This document shows, one piece after another, positions 15,797 through 20,392 of a stretch of 20,392 nt of DNA (position 1 is its first letter; the number at the start of each line of letters is the position of its first letter). The stretch spans positions 1-20,392 of the forward strand of contig JBHGBC010000108.1 of NCBI GenBank assembly GCA_041946805.1. Direction: 5' to 3'. The stretch comes from a bacterium. GTDB taxonomy: Bacteria; Hinthialibacterota; Hinthialibacteria; Hinthialibacterales; Hinthialibacteraceae. The notes below the pieces were generated by a model. The model ran no database searches and was not told the origin of the DNA. It saw only the letters and a program-made list of their open reading frames with translations. The translations under genes and the position numbers were made by a program.

Positions 15797-17395
15797 TTAC
15801 TGGGGATTGAACTGGTATACCACCAAACCGCGCATGATGTCGAACAGGATACCCATGTTGATGTACGGCAGGCCCTGTTCCGTCTTGTCGATCCGCGGAT
15901 ACTGCCCTTCCGGCTTGTCCATCAGGTTCATCCGCCGCGCGATGCCTTCGTCGGTCAACAGATAATCCATCGCGCCCGAGGTATGCAGGGTTCCGAACTT
16001 CGTCAACGCGAGGATACCGACGCCATTGTAGTACGGAACCGTGGGATCGGTCTGGATCTCGAAATCGATCAGCGCTGGATCCGCCAGGCCGAAGCCCAGC
16101 ACCGGCAACACAATATCCAGGTCCGGCGAACCTTCGGGCACGGCCGTGAAGAACCGGCCGAAGCCATCCGCAATCACCGCGCCGTTGCCGTACAGTTCCA
16201 TGTCCACGTAAATCGGCGCGTTGGATACTGGACCCGCCAGCGGCGCGGCCCCCGCCAGCGCGTGAATCTGGCCCTTGGCGTCCAGGATGTATCCCATGGG
16301 CAGGACGTTGGTGTTCTCGCCGGAGACGATTTCCAGATCCACCGCCGGATTACTGTTCACGTCGATCCCCGAGTTGGGACCGCTCGGGCGGAACCGGAAC
16401 AGTTTCATTACGCCCAACTCGTTCGCGGACACGATCGAGCCGTCCGACAGCAACGCGAAGTAGCCCTTGCCGTCCGTGGTGAATTCCACATCCCGCAGTA
16501 CATCGTTGGATGGGAACGTCACACCCAGGCTCGGCAGATAGTTGCGTTTCACCTTCACCACCTGGCCGGTCTGGTTGAACTGCGCCGCGAATACGCGGCC
16601 ATCACCGGTGGCGATCAACACCGCCCCGATGCGCTGGTTCGCCGTCCCCTTGTCCGAGATGAAGACTTCCAGATCCCGGTACACGTCCTTGCCCGCGAAA
16701 TACGGGAACAAGGGCAACTGCGCGGTTTCGGCCGCGTCCACCACGGCGTCGCCGTTCAGGTCGGTCAAGCGGAAAATATCACCCAGTTCGTGGATTCCAC
16801 CAAAGCCGTCGAGCACCGTGATCCCCTGATTGGGATTCTTGAAATCGGCCACGGTCGGCGTGGGCGTCGCCGCGGAGGTTGGGGTCGCCACCGGCGTGGC
16901 GGTCGCCTCGGGCGTGGGTGTCGACACCGGCGTGGGCGTCACTACCCCTGATTCCGTGGCGGTCGGGGTCGGCGTCAAGACGGCCGTTTCCGTCGGGGTC
17001 GGAACAGGTGTGGACGTCGGTGCTTCGGTTGGGGTCGCCACGACGGTTTCCGTCGGGGTGGCCACCGCGGTTTCGGTCGGCGTCGCCACTGCCGATTCCG
17101 TCGGCGTCGGAACCACGATTTCCGTGGGCGTTGCCGTGGGTACGGCGGTCGGGGTTTCCGTCGGGGTGGTTACCGCTGTTTCTGTTGGAGTTGGAGGTAT
17201 CGGCACGGGCGTGTTCGTGGGAGTCTCCGTGGGAGTCACCACGGGCGCCACCGTGGGAGTCTCGGTTGGAGTTTCCGTCGGTGTCTCGGCCACCTGGGCC
17301 GGGGCCACGCCCGGGAAGATCACCACACATCCAACAAACAATAAAATTATAGTCAGCGAACGGCTCACACTGGAATTCGCGATTTGATGTGACAT
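15797..17395 (-). CDS. Secreted Pro/Thr-rich surface protein with EF-hand-like loop and repeat (probable beta-propeller) C-terminal domain
   Basis: GGAGG RBS before ATG 17395. Signal peptide ending VAPA|Q, about 145-residue TPTE-rich linker, DLNGDAVVDAAE, repeated D(L/V/M/F)E...G...D..G motifs. Confidence 0.85.
   Translation of the reverse strand: MSHQIANSSVSRSLTIILLFVGCVVIFPGVAPAQVAETPTETPTETPTVAPVVTPTETPTNTPVPIPPTPTETAVTTPTETPTAVPTATPTEIVVPTPTESAVATPTETAVATPTETVVATPTEAPTSTPVPTPTETAVLTPTPTATESGVVTPTPVSTPTPEATATPVATPTSAATPTPTVADFKNPNQGITVLDGFGGIHELGDIFRLTDLNGDAVVDAAETAQLPLFPYFAGKDVYRDLEVFISDKGTANQRIGAVLIATGDGRVFAAQFNQTGQVVKVKRNYLPSLGVTFPSNDVLRDVEFTTDGKGYFALLSDGSIVSANELGVMKLFRFRPSGPNSGIDVNSNPAVDLEIVSGENTNVLPMGYILDAKGQIHALAGAAPLAGPVSNAPIYVDMELYGNGAVIADGFGRFFTAVPEGSPDLDIVLPVLGFGLADPALIDFEIQTDPTVPYYNGVGILALTKFGTLHTSGAMDYLLTDEGIARRMNLMDKPEGQYPRIDKTEQGLPYINMGILFDIMRGLVVYQFNPQ
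16853..17287 (-). repeat. Coding low-complexity PT repeats (TPTE / ATPTETAV, 4- and 8-residue period)
   Basis: For example TPTESAVATPTETAVATPTETVVATPTEAPT; degenerate 12/24-nt units. Confidence 0.85.
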
Positions 17396-17429
17396 TTGTT
17401 CCTCCAACGTTGTTTTGGAATGATACCCC

Positions 17430-17458
17430 TTTATAACATACAGCCTAAATGTTTTCAA
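17430..17458 (-). promoter_or_regulatory. Sigma70-type promoter for the PT-rich gene
   Basis: Minus strand TTGAAA (17458-17453), 17-nt spacer, TATAAA (17435-17430) with extended -10 TGn. Lies in an AT-rich upstream region about 35 nt before the ATG. Confidence 0.7.
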
Positions 17459-17764
17459 TACTATAACATCTTTGCGGCCACTTTTTCCAGGATTTATGAT
17501 CCATCCGCATTTTTCCCCTCATCCGGAGTTCCCAGCCGCCTCGGCGCCGCCGCATCCCCATTTGTCCTTCTTTCTACCACCTTCGCATTCCCAAATCCAT
17601 ATTTCCCAACACTGTCTCTCCTATATCATAATGAGATTCCTCATTTATTGGCTATATCCAGATGGTTTTTTTCTCGAATATTTTTGAATTTCCCTTAATT
17701 AGTTTACTAATTTTATATAATTTCTAATCTTTTGCAGATCCCTGCCTCATGCCCACTTCACAAC

Positions 17765-17792
17765 AAAAACCCCCGGTTTTTGAAGCCGGGGG
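17765..17792 (-). terminator. Intrinsic terminator of the oxidoreductase-HEAT operon
   Basis: Minus strand CCCCCGG-CTTCAAAAA-CCGGGGG-TTTTTG, about 27 nt after the HEAT gene stop. Confidence 0.78.
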
Positions 17793-17819
17793 CAGAGATA
17801 ACGGAAACAGTAATCCGCC

Positions 17820-18452
17820 TTAGTGGGCCAGCTCCGTGGCGCCGCGTTGCGCCCCGGTGATCACCTGGTGCGGGGCCTTGAATTGGCGCATGCGGTCGTA
17901 AATCGCCCAGGCTTCCTGGCACAAGCCGCCTGCCTGCAATTTTTCCGCGCACCGGAACAGGCCTTCGCAGAATGCCAACAGGCTGGCTTCGGGCACACTA
18001 GCCATGGCGCTTTCGATCGCCCGGGCGGCGGGCAAGGTGCCCATGTTGCCCAACGCGCGCGCGGCGGCCTGCGAGACCACCGGATCCTCGTTCTTGAGCA
18101 GGCCGGTCAGCGAGTCCACCGCCTTGGTGTCGCGGCGCACGCCGATGCTGCCGATCACACCCGCCAGCAGTGTGCCCTTGAGTTTTCCCAGGGCGGCGCG
18201 GAACGCGTCATCCACGGAGGGATCGGGAATCGTCTCCAGCGCATAACGGGCCATGTGGGCATATTTCCCATCCTCCAGCAAGGTGGCCAGCACCGGCACC
18301 GCTTCCTTCGTGCCCACACGGGCGAGGACCCGGCAGGCGTCCAGTTTTTCTTTGAGGGCTGCTCCGGATTTGAGGACTTCGATCAGTTGCGCTTCCGGGA
18401 CCGGGTCCCCGGCCGCGGCCGTGACGGCGATGTTGATAGTGTTGGTTAACAT
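17820..18452 (-). CDS. HEAT/PBS-lyase-like repeat protein
   Basis: Helical repeats ACRVLARVGTKEAVPVLATLL, ARYALETIP, VIGSIGVRRDTKAVDSLTGLL, AAARALGNMG. AAAGGAG RBS. Confidence 0.88.
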   Translation of the reverse strand: MLTNTINIAVTAAAGDPVPEAQLIEVLKSGAALKEKLDACRVLARVGTKEAVPVLATLLEDGKYAHMARYALETIPDPSVDDAFRAALGKLKGTLLAGVIGSIGVRRDTKAVDSLTGLLKNEDPVVSQAAARALGNMGTLPAARAIESAMASVPEASLLAFCEGLFRCAEKLQAGGLCQEAWAIYDRMRQFKAPHQVITGAQRGATELAH

Positions 18453-18482
18453 AGGATTTTCTCCTTTGGGGCCGAACCGGCC

Positions 18483-19829
18483 TTAGATGATCCACGGTTC
18501 CCGCTGAGCGCGCGAGCGCAGCCGGTTGGCTTCGTCGTCGTTGAGAAATTCTTCCTTCACGGGATCGAACTTGACATCCCGCTTCAGCCACATGCAGATG
18601 TTGGCGGCGTGCACGGTGGTCATCGAGCGGTGCATCATCTCCGCGTCCGCCACACAAGGCCGGCGGGATTTGATGCAATCGAGGTAATTGCGCCAATGGT
18701 TCATGGGGCGCTGGGTGCGGGCCATGTAGTCGTTGACCAGTTTGTCGAAGTCGGCCATCAGCGCAGGCGTGGAGACTTCCGGCTTGTCGTAGCCGTCGGC
18801 GATGGAGACCCAGCCCTCGGTGCCCTCGTAGCGGACGCCGCATGAACCGTGCCAGTATTTCTTGTCATCGTCGCGGTGCAGCACCATGCGGATGCCGTTG
18901 GCGTACTGGGTCACCATGCCGTCGCCGGTGGGATTGTTCACGTACCCGTACTCGATGGCCGAGGTGTAAGCCGCGCCGATCGCCACTTGGCACTGCGCGA
19001 AGGTATGCGCGCCCCACTCGCCAATGCAGCTGGTGTGGAAATCGTAGAATCCCCGCCATCCGCCCCGCACGTAGGCGGTGTTGTACGGCCGCCAGGGGCA
19101 GGGGCCGAGCCAGGCGTCCCAGTCCATATCCTCCTTGGGCGGCTCTGGCTCCTCGGGCAGCCAATCATGACGCATTTCGGCCGCGTCCCAGGGGGCGATG
19201 TGAGCGCGGACGGTGTGGATCTCGCCCAGCCGGCCGGTGCGCAGCAGTTCATTGGCGAACGTGAAGTTCGCCTCGCTGAGCCGCTGGGTTCCGGTTTGAT
19301 ACACGCGTCCGTAGCGCTTGGCGGTATCCATGACCGCCCGGCCTTCCTGGATGGTCATGGAGGAAGGCTTTTCGGAATAGACATCCTTGCCCGCCCGCAT
19401 GGCCAGGATGGACGCGTAGGCGTGCCAGCGGTCGCCGGTGGTGATCAGCACCGCGTCGATGTCGGTGCGCTCGGCCAGGAACTCGCGGATGTCGCGGAAC
19501 ATGGCGCAGTCGCTGTTGTCATGGCGGGCGTCCACCAACGCCTTGATTTTCTCGCGCCGCGCCCGGTTGGGATCGCAGACGGCGACGCATTGGCAATCCG
19601 GAAATTGTAACAACATGCGCAGGTCGTACTCGCCCCGCCCGCCGATGCCGATGCCTCCCAGAATAACCCGGTCGCTGGGCGCCACATAGCCATCCTTGCC
19701 CAAGGCCTGGGATGGGATGACGCTGGGCGCCGCCAGCACCGCCCCGGCCTGGGCGGCGGTCACGATAAACTGGCGCCGGCTCGCCTTCGCGGAAAGCGCC
19801 TGGTTCAGAAGATCTTTGGATTCACTCAT
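18483..19829 (-). CDS. Tat-signal Gfo/Idh/MocA family NAD(P)-dependent oxidoreductase
   Basis: Twin-arginine motif SRRQFI, GIGIGGRG nucleotide-binding loop, GKDVYSEKP, YQTGTQR, DWDAWLGP, IGEWGAH. GGAGG RBS before ATG 19829. Confidence 0.92.
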   Translation of the reverse strand: MSESKDLLNQALSAKASRRQFIVTAAQAGAVLAAPSVIPSQALGKDGYVAPSDRVILGGIGIGGRGEYDLRMLLQFPDCQCVAVCDPNRARREKIKALVDARHDNSDCAMFRDIREFLAERTDIDAVLITTGDRWHAYASILAMRAGKDVYSEKPSSMTIQEGRAVMDTAKRYGRVYQTGTQRLSEANFTFANELLRTGRLGEIHTVRAHIAPWDAAEMRHDWLPEEPEPPKEDMDWDAWLGPCPWRPYNTAYVRGGWRGFYDFHTSCIGEWGAHTFAQCQVAIGAAYTSAIEYGYVNNPTGDGMVTQYANGIRMVLHRDDDKKYWHGSCGVRYEGTEGWVSIADGYDKPEVSTPALMADFDKLVNDYMARTQRPMNHWRNYLDCIKSRRPCVADAEMMHRSMTTVHAANICMWLKRDVKFDPVKEEFLNDDEANRLRSRAQREPWII

Positions 19830-20045
19830 CGTGTTGCCTCCATGAAAGTTGCTTTCAAGCCGTTCCATCCATACCACATTCCCGGAGCGATGTCGATGTT
19901 TCCGGCGGGATAAACGATAAGAAGGAGGATGCGCATGGCTTGAGCGGAAATCCGCGGAAGCAGTCCTGGAGTCCCGCAGCCGAATTGTCTATCGCGTCAA
20001 TCTCCGATATCATAAATGAATAAGCCATGCTGGAGGACGTTGCCC

Positions 20046-20392
20046 ATGCCGATTCCTCAGGCCCATGAGAAATACACCGTCCAGGATTATATGTCCTGGA
20101 ATGATGACAAACGCTGGGAACTCATCGAGGGAGTGGCGTACGACATGACCCCCGCGCCCAATATCAAACATCAGACCATTCTTGGCCATCTTGCCCATAT
20201 ACTTGGCAATCACCTCCAAGGAAAATCATGCGCTTTATTTTTTGCGCCCACGGATGTGGTTCTGTCGGAACACGACGTGGTGCAGCCGGACCTGCTGGTG
20301 GTGCGCGACCGGGCGAAAATCACGGAACAGAATATCCAGGGCGCGCCGGATTTGATCATCGAAGTGCTCAGCCCCGCCACGGGCAAGAAAGA
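20046..20392 (+). CDS. Uma2 family (DUF820) PD-(D/E)xK endonuclease-like protein; 3'-truncated, absent from ORF track
   Basis: Own translation: MPIPQAHEKYTVQDYMSWNDDKRWELIEGVAYDMTPAPNIKHQ...FAPTDVVLSEHDVVQPDLLVV...IQGAPDLIIEVLSPATGKK. GGAGGA RBS at 20032-20037. Confidence 0.92.
   Translation, partial: MPIPQAHEKYTVQDYMSWNDDKRWELIEGVAYDMTPAPNIKHQTILGHLAHILGNHLQGKSCALFFAPTDVVLSEHDVVQPDLLVVRDRAKITEQNIQGAPDLIIEVLSPATGKK

Noticed and set aside
16830..17387. GV-rich plus-strand ORF and possible CRISPR-like periodicity
   Set aside because: Mirror of the PT-repeat coding region; the repeats are degenerate at third codon positions with no spacers, and there are no cas genes.
20010..20219. 69-aa minus-strand ORF in the track
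   Set aside because: Antisense to the clearly recognisable Uma2 gene beginning at 20046.
20046..20392. Uma2 gene as part of a defence system
   Set aside because: Uma2 genes are commonly dispersed multi-copy singletons; no methylase or other defence gene is visible and the downstream context is outside the window.

Overview
GC-rich bacterial chromosomal window with 14 supportable protein genes, two of them truncated by the window edges. I found no rRNA, tRNA, CRISPR array or transposase. Gene order: 5'-truncated TamB (+); UPF0210/PFL-like protein and a double-ACT protein (-); secreted DUF2961/GH172-like protein (+); secreted FG-GAP/VCBS repeat protein (-); orphan prepilin-like protein (+); uncharacterised enolase-superfamily enzyme (+); a tightly coupled minus-strand cluster GT2 > cysteine-less TlpA-like protein > MocA-like nucleotidyltransferase > XdhC; a Pro/Thr-rich secreted surface protein with its own sigma70 promoter and terminator (-); a Tat-signal Gfo/Idh/MocA oxidoreductase plus HEAT-repeat protein (-); and a 3'-truncated Uma2 endonuclease missing from the ORF track (+). 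The prepilin type and PT-rich surface protein resemble those of BRC1/Sumerlaeota or OLB16/Hinthialibacter-like bacteria (inference). The most unusual non-coding signal is that the intergenic spacers are mosaics of about five short palindromic REP-like families that recur and co-cluster, one apparently split by a nested insertion with an 8-bp duplication. Protein-level oddities include a Cys-free thioredoxin motif (WWGPS) and a GH172 with Asp at the expected catalytic Glu position. No clearly novel multi-gene system can be established from the sequence alone.
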